From Ignavibacteria bacterium (GTDB lineage Bacteria > Bacteroidota > Ignavibacteria > Kapaibacteriales > UBA2268), in assembly GCA_037445895.1 (NCBI GenBank), contig JBBIJO010000010.1:13597-77596 (forward strand): a DNA stretch of 64,000 nucleotides, in the 5' to 3' direction. The number at the start of each line of letters is the position of its first letter. Position 1 is the first letter of the stretch. Shown one piece after another: positions 46,200 to 56,151 of the stretch. Position numbers and translations under genes: made by a program. The notes beneath the pieces are model-generated. The model saw only the letters and a program-made list of their open reading frames with translations, was not told where the DNA came from and did no database searches.

Positions 46200-46952
46200 T
46201 CAATTTGAAATAATAACAGAGCCATCCTTGGCAGCAAATCCGCTTATAACGGTTTGCGTTCCCTCCCGACGAACACGAACTTGTTCGCCAACACCAGCAT
46301 CCTGCAATGCAGTTCCGACTGTAATAACAGATACCTTGCCTGAAAGAACAACAATTTTTACTTTTTCTCCTCGATGGACTGCAAACGGTTCGGACAAGAG
46401 ATTTCGACTGATAATTGAGCCTCGGACAATACTATGGCGCGCTACTTTTCCAAGCAATTCATCGGGGTTCAAATCTTCGAACTTTGTGTTTGATGGAATT
46501 GGACGACGTTCCACGATGCAGTTTTCGAACGTAAGTTCCGAACCCTGTCTAATTGTTTCTTTTGCAACCAATACATCCCTGAAAATTTTTACACGTACCG
46601 GAACTTCAATCCGTCGGAGGAGACCCTTACCACTTCTGAATTCAATTCCAACTACGAAATTCCCATTTAATTCTGTTTCGGAACCAAAATCGAAAATTAC
46701 CTGCACGTTTTTTTCGTTAAAAACTATGTCTGGTATTGATTTGGATATTGCAATTTCTGCGTCTTTTCCAACACGCATTCTTATTTCGTCATTAAGTATT
46801 TCCCGAAGTTCTTTTCCCGAGAAGTTCGATTGACCAGAACAAATAATTGGGAGCGAGGGGAAAACACATATTAAAGATAGGAATAAGCCTACACTTTGTT
46901 TTTTAAGACTGTCGAGCATTTTGTTCCCAAAATTTCTACGGAAGAAATTCAT
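46200..46952 (-). CDS. flgA: flagellar P-ring assembly chaperone FlgA
   Basis: 250 aa. It has a signal peptide and a SAF/FlgA C-terminal region (VHRGEKVKIVVLSGKVSVITVGTALQDAGVGEQVRV). Confidence 0.82.
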   Translation of the reverse strand: MNFFRRNFGNKMLDSLKKQSVGLFLSLICVFPSLPIICSGQSNFSGKELREILNDEIRMRVGKDAEIAISKSIPDIVFNEKNVQVIFDFGSETELNGNFVVGIEFRSGKGLLRRIEVPVRVKIFRDVLVAKETIRQGSELTFENCIVERRPIPSNTKFEDLNPDELLGKVARHSIVRGSIISRNLLSEPFAVHRGEKVKIVVLSGKVSVITVGTALQDAGVGEQVRVRREGTQTVISGFAAKDGSVIISN

Positions 46953-46953
46953 A

Positions 46954-47742
46954 CTATCTCTTAAGATTTACAGCCGAGGAAAGAATATTATCCGCTGTTT
47001 GAACTGATTTCGAGTTGAGTTCGTAAGCGCGCTGTGCCATTATCATACTAACCATCTCTTCGATAATGTCGACGTTTGATGTTTCGAGATGATTTTGGAT
47101 AATTTCGCCTGTATTGTTGAATCCTGGTTGCTCGAGAATAATAGGTCCAGAAGCAGGGGTTTCAACGAACAAGTTTTCGCCAACCGCACGCAACCCAGCA
47201 GGGTTAATGAATCGAGCAAGCTGGATTTGTCCAAGAGTTTGTTCATCGCCACTGCCATCGAAAATTGCCTTTACGAAGCCATCCCGGGTTACAACTAAAT
47301 CGACGGCGTCGGATGGAACTACTATACTAGGTTCCAACCGATAACCTTGCGAGGTTACAATTTCGCCGTTTCTATCTAAGTGGAACGAACCATCGCGAGT
47401 AAATGCATAAGTATTATCTGGACGAATTACTACAAAAAATCCCTCCCCATTTATTGCGAAATCGAGGCGATTTCCAGTTTCGACAACATCACCTTGGGCG
47501 AAAATTTTCGTTGTTGCTACCAATTCAGTTCCGGAACCAATTTGTACTTCGTTCGGCTGTTCAATTCCCGAGCGTTGAACGTTCCCCATTGGCTTTAAAG
47601 TTTCGTAGAGTAAATCTTGAAATTCCGGTCGAACTTTTTTGAAAGCGTAGGTATTGACGTTTGCGATATTATTTGCTATGATTTCGACGAAACGCTGCTG
47701 TGCCGAAAGTCCTGTTGCAGCTGTTCGTAAAGTTTTGTCCAT
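46954..47742 (-). CDS. flgG: flagellar distal rod protein FlgG
   Basis: 262 aa. IANNIANVNTYAFKK at the N-terminus and LETSNVDIIEEMVSMIMAQRAYELNSK at the C-terminus. Confidence 0.92.
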   Translation of the reverse strand: MDKTLRTAATGLSAQQRFVEIIANNIANVNTYAFKKVRPEFQDLLYETLKPMGNVQRSGIEQPNEVQIGSGTELVATTKIFAQGDVVETGNRLDFAINGEGFFVVIRPDNTYAFTRDGSFHLDRNGEIVTSQGYRLEPSIVVPSDAVDLVVTRDGFVKAIFDGSGDEQTLGQIQLARFINPAGLRAVGENLFVETPASGPIILEQPGFNNTGEIIQNHLETSNVDIIEEMVSMIMAQRAYELNSKSVQTADNILSSAVNLKR

Positions 47743-47770
47743 TTTTGCCCCAATATTTTAAAAACTTAAA

Positions 47771-48553
47771 CTATATAAATCTGCCAATGCGAATACTTTG
47801 TTCTAAAGTGGAGTCGTTAGTTTGAATCACTTTTGTCCCTAAATCGAAAAGCCTTTGTAATTCTATCAAATCTACCATTTCGCGAATTACATCCACATTA
47901 GAATTTTCAACCCAACCTTGGCGAAGTAAGACCAAATCGTATGGAAGACCTTCCATTTGTGTTTCATTTGTGGGTTTAAAATAAATTCCATTAATTTTTT
48001 CGAGCGAATTAGGTTGTTCGACTCTTATTATATTAATTTTATCAATCAAAGCCTGGTTCACAAAAACCTCGCCACGTTCGGTTATTTTTATATTTGCCGC
48101 TATATTACCTTCGATTGTCGAACTATTTATTATTAGTTCTCGAAGAACGTTTAATCGGCCTTGGTTGCCAAGTAAATATTTGCCATCCCTGGCAATTATA
48201 AACCCGTCCTTGGATAATTGGAAATTCCCCGCACGCGAGAGATATTGATTTCCTTCGTCATCTTCAAGTTGAAAAAAACTGTTCGGATAGTCTATTGCTA
48301 TGTCCAATGGATTGTCGGTGTATTCAAATTTTCCAACAGAAAAGTCGGTATAAGTTCCAATTGGCAAATCCTTTGTTTCGGCATTGCCTAAGTTTTTCAC
48401 TAAGTTATATTTTGCTTCAATAACCTCTCTTTCAAAGACCCCTTCGCGCTTGAAACCGATAGAATTTGCATTCGCCAAATTATTAGCAACAACTTCCAAT
48501 TTTGTTTGTTCTGGCAAGATTCCAAGTGCAGCCGTGTATATTTCCTTAATCAT
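47771..48553 (-). CDS. flgF: flagellar proximal rod protein FlgF
   Basis: 260 aa. VANNLANANSIGFKREG at the N-terminus and VENSNVDVIREMVDLIELQRLFDLGTK at the C-terminus. It lies directly upstream of flgG. Confidence 0.85.
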   Translation of the reverse strand: MIKEIYTAALGILPEQTKLEVVANNLANANSIGFKREGVFEREVIEAKYNLVKNLGNAETKDLPIGTYTDFSVGKFEYTDNPLDIAIDYPNSFFQLEDDEGNQYLSRAGNFQLSKDGFIIARDGKYLLGNQGRLNVLRELIINSSTIEGNIAANIKITERGEVFVNQALIDKINIIRVEQPNSLEKINGIYFKPTNETQMEGLPYDLVLLRQGWVENSNVDVIREMVDLIELQRLFDLGTKVIQTNDSTLEQSIRIGRFI

Positions 48554-48732
48554 TGTTCTCGATTTCCGATTTCTTTTTGAATATTGTCTGTGTTATTATC
48601 TTTGTATTCCCTATTCTTTTTGAGATACTTTTGGTAGCTTTCGTAAATTGCCTTTCTTTGATTTATTGAACGACGAAGAATTCGAGCTAAAAACTCTTGT
48701 TCTTCTATCATTAATATGCCCTTTTCTTTCAT
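48550..48732 (-). CDS. small hypothetical protein, first ORF of the flgF operon
   Basis: 60 aa and Lys/Arg/Glu-rich. AAGGA lies 4 nt before the ATG. It overlaps flgF as ATGA. A sigma-54-like element lies just upstream. Confidence 0.45.
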   Translation of the reverse strand: MKEKGILMIEEQEFLARILRRSINQRKAIYESYQKYLKKNREYKDNNTDNIQKEIGNREQ

Positions 48733-48766
48733 TTTTTCCTTACTTTATGTTCCAACTTTAGTTTTT

Positions 48767-48782
48767 TACAAGTAGTGTGCCA
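48767..48782 (-). promoter_or_regulatory. putative sigma-54 type -24/-12 promoter of the flgF-motA operon
   Basis: The minus strand reads TGGCACactacTTGTA. The -24 half is perfect with correct spacing. The -12 element is TTGT rather than TTGC. It lies about 35 nt upstream of the small ORF's ATG. Confidence 0.45.
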
Positions 48783-48937
48783 GTAAAAAATATTTGCTAA
48801 AATATTAGTAATCGTTTGATTTCAATTGACTTGTGGAAACCCTGACTTTTTCAGGCAAATAAAATCTCGAAATTTTCGGTTAATTTGGTGCATAATAATA
48901 AACATTGATTCGACATTGGTTAGAATTGGACATAGTG

Positions 48938-50122
48938 ATGATGGTAGTAATACCTAAACCCGAAGAATGGCTTTCGCACTCTCGGTATGTGCTGGGGATA
49001 ATGACGGGAACCTCGGTTGATGGAGCGGATTTGACCCTTGCAAAATTTTTTTGCCCGAAACCGGGAAGATTTCTTTTTTCAATTGTGGAGTATAGTTCGT
49101 TCGAATTTCCTGAATCTCTGCGATTGTTGCTTCAAAAAGCAATCGATAACGAAACCCAAACCAGAGAAATTGCATATTTGAACTTTGCATTGGCAAAATA
49201 CTTTTCCAAAATTACCAAGCAATTTTTACGCAAGTCGAAATTCCCTTTAGAAAAGTTAGATGTAATTGGGGTTCATGGTCAAACTGTTTGGCATGAGGCT
49301 CGTCCTGCGCTTCATCTTCAAACATCAGGTGGTTTTACATTGCAACTTTGTTCAATCGGTGTTATGGCTCAAATCCTTAAAGTTCCTATTGTTGGGGATT
49401 TCCGCTCGAAAGATGTTGCAGCAAATGGCGAAGGCGCTCCGCTTGTTCCGATTTTCGATTTCCATTTTTTACGCTCGAATACCAATGATGTGATTACCTT
49501 GAACATTGGGGGGATAGCAAATATTACTTATCTTCCCAAAAAGTGTAAAGCAAATAAGGTAATTGCATTTGATACAGGACCCGGTAATACGATGATAGAT
49601 GCTGCATGCGGTATATTGTTTAATCGAAAATATGATGAAAACGGAGATATTGCTCGTTTGGGGAAACCGAACGAAAAAATTTTGAAAAAACTTAAAGCAA
49701 TTAATTTTGTTCGCCAAAAGCCGCCAAAATCCACAGGACGTGAAATGTTCAATCGGAAATTAGTTGAAAATTTAATCGAGGATGCGCGCCGACTAATGGT
49801 TCCTGCCGAGGATATTGTGGCAACATTTACATATTATACTGCCTGGTCGATAGTTGAAAATATTCGACTTTTTGCAAACCCAAACTCTGTGGTTATAGTT
49901 TCTGGCGGGGGAGCGAAGAATGCTTGTCTTATAGAGCAAATCCGTCGGTTGTTGCCAGAATCGGTTATACGAACGAGCGACGAATTCGGTATTCCTATCC
50001 AAGTTAAAGAATCTTTAGCATTTGCATTTTTAGCATACCTAAGGTTAGGAAATATTCCATCTAATCTTCCAAAGGTAACTGGGGCAAAGGGAAAGATAGT
50101 TCTTGGGAGTATTGCGTATTAA
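48938..50122 (+). CDS. anmK: anhydro-N-acetylmuramic acid kinase
   Basis: LGIMTGTSVDGADL matches the AnmK N-terminal signature. The length fits. The ORF track starts at a TTG at 48905, and I prefer the ATG at 48938. Confidence 0.85.
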   Translation: MMVVIPKPEEWLSHSRYVLGIMTGTSVDGADLTLAKFFCPKPGRFLFSIVEYSSFEFPESLRLLLQKAIDNETQTREIAYLNFALAKYFSKITKQFLRKSKFPLEKLDVIGVHGQTVWHEARPALHLQTSGGFTLQLCSIGVMAQILKVPIVGDFRSKDVAANGEGAPLVPIFDFHFLRSNTNDVITLNIGGIANITYLPKKCKANKVIAFDTGPGNTMIDAACGILFNRKYDENGDIARLGKPNEKILKKLKAINFVRQKPPKSTGREMFNRKLVENLIEDARRLMVPAEDIVATFTYYTAWSIVENIRLFANPNSVVIVSGGGAKNACLIEQIRRLLPESVIRTSDEFGIPIQVKESLAFAFLAYLRLGNIPSNLPKVTGAKGKIVLGSIAY

Positions 50123-50249
50123 CTGTATTTATCATATTTATACTTATTTATACTTAAACTTTCTCAAAAATTTACTTTTTTTGTATAGACAATGGAATTT
50201 TAATTGCATAACTCCGTCTTTTTTATTAAAATGCTTTTTGGAAATCGTT

Positions 50250-50257
50250 TAAATTTG
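50250..50257 (+). promoter_or_regulatory. putative -7 box TAAATTTG upstream of the Cys-rich protein gene
   Basis: TAAATTTG ends 11 nt before the ATG at 50269. That implies a very short leader. Confidence 0.35.
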
Positions 50258-50268
50258 GAAATGTTAAT

Positions 50269-51009
50269 ATGCAGGTAGAACAAAATACAGAGAACACCAT
50301 TAATGAAGATGCTTGTTTGGTCTGTGGCGACGTTTTGACCAAACTCGACCACCCGATTGAGATGGTTTGTGCTTTTTGCGGTAAAATTGGAATCTCCGGG
50401 GTAGTTTGCGTCGATAATCACTTCGTTTGTAGCGATTGCCAACATCTCGATGCAAAAGAAATTGTTCGAACAATATGTTTGAAATCTACGAAAACGGACC
50501 CAATAGAAATTGCAAGAGAAATAATGGCATCGCCGGCTATCAAAATGCACGGTCCCGAGCATCATTTCTTAACACCATCTGTTTTGCTTACTGCGGTTGC
50601 AAATTTTACTGGCAAGCGGGAAGGATTAGCCGAAAAAATCGAACTCGCCGAGAAAATCGCAGCCGAAGTTGCCCCCGTATGTAGTTGGCATCTTGGAACT
50701 TGTGGTGCAGCCCTTGGTGCTTCGATATTTCTTATTCTTTGGCAAAATCTCGACTTGAACGTTCCAGACTCGTGGGACCGCGGGAATCAGATAGTCGCTA
50801 ATAGTTTAAAGCGAATAGCCCAACTCGGAAGCCCGCGCTGTTGCAAACGCGATACCTACATAGCCTTGGAAGAGACGGTAGAATATCTTCGGAATGAGTT
50901 TGGGTTAGAGCTTCCTATATCCGAAGGCAAATGCATCTTTTCGCTGCGAAATCGCACTTGCAAGCGCGAAGATTGCATCTACTTCAACCTGAAATTCGAG
51001 TTAGTTTAG
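50269..51009 (+). CDS. Cys-rich putative metal-binding protein (DUF5714-like, from recall)
   Basis: 246 aa. N-terminal CLVCG...CAFCG...CSDC zinc-ribbon-like pairs, then MHGPEHHFLTPSVLL, then further Cys pairs (CSWHLGTCG, PRCCKRD, CKREDC). Confidence 0.6.
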   Translation: MQVEQNTENTINEDACLVCGDVLTKLDHPIEMVCAFCGKIGISGVVCVDNHFVCSDCQHLDAKEIVRTICLKSTKTDPIEIAREIMASPAIKMHGPEHHFLTPSVLLTAVANFTGKREGLAEKIELAEKIAAEVAPVCSWHLGTCGAALGASIFLILWQNLDLNVPDSWDRGNQIVANSLKRIAQLGSPRCCKRDTYIALEETVEYLRNEFGLELPISEGKCIFSLRNRTCKREDCIYFNLKFELV

Positions 51010-51045
51010 ATGTCTCTTGCTATTTAGACGTTTTATGTTAAACCA

Positions 51046-51651
51046 TTGGCTGATGCAATGACATCACAGGAAATTATTGATTGGTTTCAACATAAAAAAG
51101 CAAACAACGAGGTTATATTGATACCGACGGAAATTTTCGAGCGAATCGACTTAGAATTGGCAAACACAATAGCAGAGCAATTCGGTTCCAATACATTAAT
51201 TTATTTGCCCAAACACGAAACAGAGTTTTTTGAGTGGCTCAAAGGAAACGACCGAAACGTTTGGGAAGACCTTTGGGGTGGCGTCGAAGAAAAACCCTAC
51301 ATTGTTTCGATTGCTTTGCTTCCACTTATGGTTCGAAAGTTCCGTGGCTATCCTATTTGCGATTTATTGAATAACGACAATTATTATTTTACCGAAGAGA
51401 TGATTGTTCACAAAACCGCACATCTTCTGCTGGAAACCTTGCGCGAAAAGTTTCTTCGACGCGAACCATTGACAGTTGCACAAACACTTCTCCTTGAAAT
51501 CTCGATAAACCCAGTGGATATTTGGCATTTTGCTTACTATCATTCTATTAATATCGATGAAGCAAAAGAGGCTGTTCGGGAGTTAGTCGAAGATAACTTA
51601 CTTATACATTTGAAGAGGGCAGGAGAACTAGCCGACTTTATCCAATTTTGA
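51046..51651 (+). CDS. hypothetical protein
   Basis: The 201-aa ORF starts at a TTG at 51046, with an in-frame ATG at 51058. No family recognised. Confidence 0.55.
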   Translation: MADAMTSQEIIDWFQHKKANNEVILIPTEIFERIDLELANTIAEQFGSNTLIYLPKHETEFFEWLKGNDRNVWEDLWGGVEEKPYIVSIALLPLMVRKFRGYPICDLLNNDNYYFTEEMIVHKTAHLLLETLREKFLRREPLTVAQTLLLEISINPVDIWHFAYYHSINIDEAKEAVRELVEDNLLIHLKRAGELADFIQF

Positions 51652-51672
51652 TAAAATTTAATTATTAAAATT

Positions 51673-53097
51673 ATGTTTAAAACCGACGCAAGAACAAAAA
51701 TAGTGGTTACGATTGGACCATCGACTAGTTCCGTTGAAACTATTGTAAAACTTATCGAAAAAGGCGCCGATGTCTTTCGGTTGAACTTTTCACACAATAC
51801 TTTGGAAGAACATTACAACTTGATTCAAAATATTCGTCGAGCTTCGAAGCAAACTGGCCGAGAAATTGCAATAATGCAAGATTTGCAAGGACCTAAAATC
51901 AGAATTAAAAATTTTAAAAATGGCTTCGTGTTGCTTTCCGATAATTCTCACTTCACTATTACAACAAAGAATATTCCGTTTGGCGACGAAAGAATTGTTG
52001 CTACAAACCACTCCACTTTAACCGAGGAAGTCAAAGTTGGTTCAACTGTTTTATTAGACGATGGATATATAATTTTGAAAGTTACTAAAGTCGAGGGTAC
52101 AGATATTCATACAAAAGTTATCAAAGGGGGAAAACTTTCAGACAATAAAGGTATTGTTGTGCCTGGTACTAAATCTTTTGCTCCATCGATAAGTGAAAAG
52201 GATCTTTCCGATTTGAAATTTGGCCTCGATAATGGAATTGACATTGTTGCACTATCTTTTGTCCGATCCGAACGGGACATAATCGAAGTTCGAACGGCAA
52301 TGAAAGTGTATTCACGTGTTGTTCCTATCGTCGCAAAAATTGAGCGACTCGAAGCAGTGGAAAGAATCAACGAAATTATCGGGGAAGCCGATGGAATTAT
52401 GATTGCACGAGGCGATTTAGGGCTCGAAGCCGACCCAGAACGCGTTCCATTGATTCAGAAAACAATAGTGCAGAAATGTCGTTATTTTGGTAAACCAACA
52501 ATTATTGCGACACAGATGCTTGAATCAATGATTAACAACCCAAGACCAACGCGAGCCGAAGCAAGTGATGTAGCTAATGCAGTGCTCGACGGAGCAGATT
52601 GTTTAATGCTTAGTGCCGAAACAAGTATTGGCAAATATCCAATTGAATCTGTTGACTATATGAACAAAATTATAAAAGAAGTAGAAAAAAACTCACAGAT
52701 TCGTGGATTTTCGAAGATAGAGCAGGTATTTACTCCAAACGAAATATGGGACGCAATTGCTCGTGCAAGTTGTATCCTTGCTGAACAAATTAGGGCGAAA
52801 GCGATTATCGCATTGACTAAACGAGGTTTCACAGCAATTAACATTGCTAAATATCGCCCAAATGTACCTATCATTGCATTAACTGAATCAATTGATGTAG
52901 TGCGTTGGCTTTCGTTTGTTTGGGGAGTCGAAGGATTCGTTTCCTCTGAATTCAATGGGAGCAGTTCCAAAGAACAAATAAAGGATTTTTTGAAAGTAAG
53001 AGTTAATGCTAAACCAAACGAAACTTATGTTGTAGCTTCTTGTAGCAAGCCCGACGAAATAAAAAGCGAAAACGCGATAAAGATTCTTCAAATATAA
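51673..53097 (+). CDS. pyk: pyruvate kinase
   Basis: 474 aa. KIVVTIGPST, FRLNFSHN, MQDLQGPKIR, IMIARGDLG, TQMLESM. Confidence 0.93.
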   Translation: MFKTDARTKIVVTIGPSTSSVETIVKLIEKGADVFRLNFSHNTLEEHYNLIQNIRRASKQTGREIAIMQDLQGPKIRIKNFKNGFVLLSDNSHFTITTKNIPFGDERIVATNHSTLTEEVKVGSTVLLDDGYIILKVTKVEGTDIHTKVIKGGKLSDNKGIVVPGTKSFAPSISEKDLSDLKFGLDNGIDIVALSFVRSERDIIEVRTAMKVYSRVVPIVAKIERLEAVERINEIIGEADGIMIARGDLGLEADPERVPLIQKTIVQKCRYFGKPTIIATQMLESMINNPRPTRAEASDVANAVLDGADCLMLSAETSIGKYPIESVDYMNKIIKEVEKNSQIRGFSKIEQVFTPNEIWDAIARASCILAEQIRAKAIIALTKRGFTAINIAKYRPNVPIIALTESIDVVRWLSFVWGVEGFVSSEFNGSSSKEQIKDFLKVRVNAKPNETYVVASCSKPDEIKSENAIKILQI

Positions 53098-53278
53098 AAG
53101 ACAAAGAATTATTCCCTTTAATTCTAATTGCTTTGCTGCTAAATTCGATACAATTTTTCCACTATTAGTTGGTTCGATTGCGTATCCAAGATTTTTAAAC
53201 CAGAAAAGGGATTTGAATTTGCGATGCATTTTGAGCGCAAACATTAGAGTGTATGCTTCCTCAATACTGAAGATGAGT

Positions 53279-54625
53279 TTAAGAATGGCGAAAGAAAATT
53301 TTGTTCAAAAATCGAGATAGGAAAACCGACTCGTTGTTTACCTTCAAGATTAGTAAGAACCCAATAATTCCGATGATGAAATTACCGAGCCACATACTTA
53401 AAAATGGCGAAACAAAACCACGGTCTGCAAGTTTTTCGCCACCAATTAAACAAGCCCAATAGAAAACATAGAAACCAAGCGAAATTGCAGCACTTATGCC
53501 AAAATTTCCACGCTTGGTTATCATACCAAGCGGACATCCAACAAATGCAAAAACAATACAAGCAAAAGGTATTGCGTATTTTTTGTGAATTTCGACTTCG
53601 TATTGCCTTGCTCTCGATTCGAAATCTGTGATACGAAATACTTCCGAAGAAATTTGTGTTTCGAGAAAACTGAAATCTCTTTCAATTATTTCGTCGAGCT
53701 TAACTAATGTTGTGTCGGAAAACATCTTTGATTGAATAACTTTTGGCTGGGTTGCTAAAAGCTCGGCAACTCGATTTTGCGATTTTTGCGATAATCTACG
53801 CGACTCGTCAACGATTTCTCTCATATCACGGATTTTCATTTCTCGGTCACTACGCGCAACCATTGTTTCGTTTGAACGTTCAAGGGTGAATCCTTTGGCT
53901 TCGAGTAAAATTTCCAGCCTTTCGAAACGAATCTTTCGAAAATTTTGTGGTTCATAATTAATGAGTTGTAAAATTTCTCCTTTAAACAAGACGAAACGAA
54001 GTTTGTTGAGCGAAGGAACAAACACAACGAAACCCGAGTCGGCAGAAATTGTATTGAATTGCCTCGATTTTGAGTTATCGTAAATGGTAACCCCACGCAG
54101 CCCATTGGAAACAGAATCCACCCTACGAGCAAGAATAGTATAGTATTCTATTTGAGTAGAAAATTGTCCGGATTCCAATGAAAAAGTTGGTTTCTTCCGG
54201 TTAATATCCATCATTAAAATTTTTAGTTGGTGGTTCGATTCCGGTAAAACCACATCGTTGAACCAAAATAGGAAACCAAACAAAACAATACTAAATGTAA
54301 TAATGGGGGCTACGAGTTGCAAAAAACTATATCCACCTGATTTCATTGCAGTTATTTCGAATAAAGCGCTTAGATTTCCAAATGTCATTAGTGTCGAAAA
54401 TAGAACTCCCATTGGAACAGCCAAAACCAGCATCCAGGATAGATTTAAAGAAATTAACTGGAAAATTACCCAAAAGCTTAACCCTTTCCCAACGAGCTTA
54501 TCCAAATCTCTCATTAAGAATTGAAATAAAAACAGAAATACAACAAGAAAAGTCCCGAAAAGGAATGGACCTATATGAAATTTTAAAAAATATTTACTGA
54601 CAATTTTCATATATTTAAATGACAA
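53279..54625 (-). CDS. LptF/LptG-family (YjgP/YjgQ) permease
   Basis: 448 aa. N-terminal YFLKFHIGPFLFGTFLVVFLFLFQFLM, a large central extramembrane region, and three C-terminal TM helices. Confidence 0.75.
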   Translation of the reverse strand: MSFKYMKIVSKYFLKFHIGPFLFGTFLVVFLFLFQFLMRDLDKLVGKGLSFWVIFQLISLNLSWMLVLAVPMGVLFSTLMTFGNLSALFEITAMKSGGYSFLQLVAPIITFSIVLFGFLFWFNDVVLPESNHQLKILMMDINRKKPTFSLESGQFSTQIEYYTILARRVDSVSNGLRGVTIYDNSKSRQFNTISADSGFVVFVPSLNKLRFVLFKGEILQLINYEPQNFRKIRFERLEILLEAKGFTLERSNETMVARSDREMKIRDMREIVDESRRLSQKSQNRVAELLATQPKVIQSKMFSDTTLVKLDEIIERDFSFLETQISSEVFRITDFESRARQYEVEIHKKYAIPFACIVFAFVGCPLGMITKRGNFGISAAISLGFYVFYWACLIGGEKLADRGFVSPFLSMWLGNFIIGIIGFLLILKVNNESVFLSRFLNKIFFRHS

Positions 54626-54660
54626 AATTAAGCAAGAAAAAAGAAAAAATTTTTGAAGCT

Positions 54661-55857
54661 TTACTGTTCAAGTTCTTGTGCCTGGTTCCTTTTATATTTT
54701 CCCGAGGTAAGGACACCAAACATTAGAAACAATGCAGCCAAAAGAATAACTTGAACAGTTAATGAATTGTTAACAAATGGAAGAGTATTTTGCGGCTCAA
54801 TCGAAAGGAACAAAATGATTGTTATCAAACCTCGCGGAGCAAAATAAATTAAAATCGGCTCCTTGACTGCGAAAGGTTTTAAAATAGTAGCACGAACTAC
54901 AAGAATTATAGCGACCATCATCAAGGCGAGTGGAAATGAATCGAAATTCAATAGGGCTTTAATTCCTATTTGAAAACCAAACAAAAGAAAGAAAAGAGAG
55001 CGAACTAAAAAAGTTGACTCAGCTACAATTTCTTTGAATCGAGTAATTTCGCCGTAAATATTTTCCCCTGCAATTCTTCGTAGGAAACGTAAGCGAGAAT
55101 AAAATCCACGGAAATTGTTCATAATTAATCCAAAGAATAGGATAAACATTAAAGCAGGGAGATGGAAAATTTTTGCGATTCCGTATGTTAAAATTATGAA
55201 AAGGATAATAGGAATAAATTTGATGTGATATTGTATTCGGTATATCATACGAGCAAGGAGCAGTGTCATTGCCATAGAAATCAGAAGCATAATTAACAAT
55301 TCAAGGAAAAAGCGACCGATAGAAAAAAGGCTAATTATTGTGTTTGTGGCAAAGAAATTGAATAAAATAACCCCCAAAATATCCGAAAAGCTACTTTCGT
55401 AGATTATAAATTCACGCGTCCTTTCGTGGAAAAATCGAGCACTTGGTATTGCTATTGCACTACTGATAACACAAAAAGGTATAGCATTTAAAATAGCACT
55501 GCGAAAATCTACATTTCCCAGAAGTTGAAACATAAATGTAAAAACTGTTACCAATATTACGATTGGGATGAGAGCAATCGAGAATGTTTTTGCAAGTACG
55601 TTTTTCTTCTCGCGAGTAAATTCAAGATCCAAAGAGCCTTCCAAAACAATAAGTATCAATCCTAAGGTTCCTAATATGGGAAGTAGGGGTGAAAAGTTGA
55701 ACAAAGTGAAGTTGAAGTAAAGAGCCAGTTCTTTTAATACCAACCCTATAAAAAGTAGAAGTAAGACGTTCGGAATTCTTGTCCTCTCCGATGTCAATTC
55801 GAAAGCGTAAGAAATCAAAAGCAAAAGAGTTATAGTTAGAAGTATAATATTACTCAT
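54661..55857 (-). CDS. cation:proton antiporter (Na+/H+ exchanger family)
   Basis: 398 aa with about 11 TM helices. The N-terminal pattern FELTSERTRIPNVLLLLFIGL is typical of CPA1-type exchangers (from recall). Confidence 0.6.
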   Translation of the reverse strand: MSNIILLTITLLLLISYAFELTSERTRIPNVLLLLFIGLVLKELALYFNFTLFNFSPLLPILGTLGLILIVLEGSLDLEFTREKKNVLAKTFSIALIPIVILVTVFTFMFQLLGNVDFRSAILNAIPFCVISSAIAIPSARFFHERTREFIIYESSFSDILGVILFNFFATNTIISLFSIGRFFLELLIMLLISMAMTLLLARMIYRIQYHIKFIPIILFIILTYGIAKIFHLPALMFILFFGLIMNNFRGFYSRLRFLRRIAGENIYGEITRFKEIVAESTFLVRSLFFLLFGFQIGIKALLNFDSFPLALMMVAIILVVRATILKPFAVKEPILIYFAPRGLITIILFLSIEPQNTLPFVNNSLTVQVILLAALFLMFGVLTSGKYKRNQAQELEQ

Positions 55858-56151
55858 CGCTTATTAGCCAAAATCATCAATTTACAAAAAACTTTTTAAA
55901 TAAAGAACTAACGTAAAAACATTATAAACTTCAATCGTGTAGTAAATAAGAAATTCTTTCTCTCGGTTGAACGCAAGGTAGGATATATGTGCAACAAGGG
56001 CTTCTTCGGAATTGTCATTATGAGCCGAAATTGAACAATTTGTTGTCGAACTTTAACTTTTTACCTTATTTATTCGATAGAAAGCAGAGAAATAGAAATC
56101 AGGAGAAAGAGTATATTGAACATTTGATAAAGTTCCAATATATTTTTAATG

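Noticed and set aside
44725-46833. Several long plus-strand ORFs (44725-45072, 45079-45438, 45729-46181, 46228-46833).
   Set aside because: All lie antisense to flgI, flgH and flgA, which have clear family signatures. Their products are low-complexity Thr/Ser/Pro-rich sequences typical of shadow frames.
50136-50155. A tandem 2 x 10-bp direct repeat (atttatactt atttatactt) after anmK.
   Set aside because: It is too short and AT-rich to be meaningful, and only two units are present.
52888-53244. A 118-aa minus-strand ORF spanning the pyk-lptF spacer.
   Set aside because: Two thirds of it overlaps the 3' end of pyk on the opposite strand. It has no SD site or promoter box and no recognisable motifs. 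The remaining 147 nt could be non-coding.
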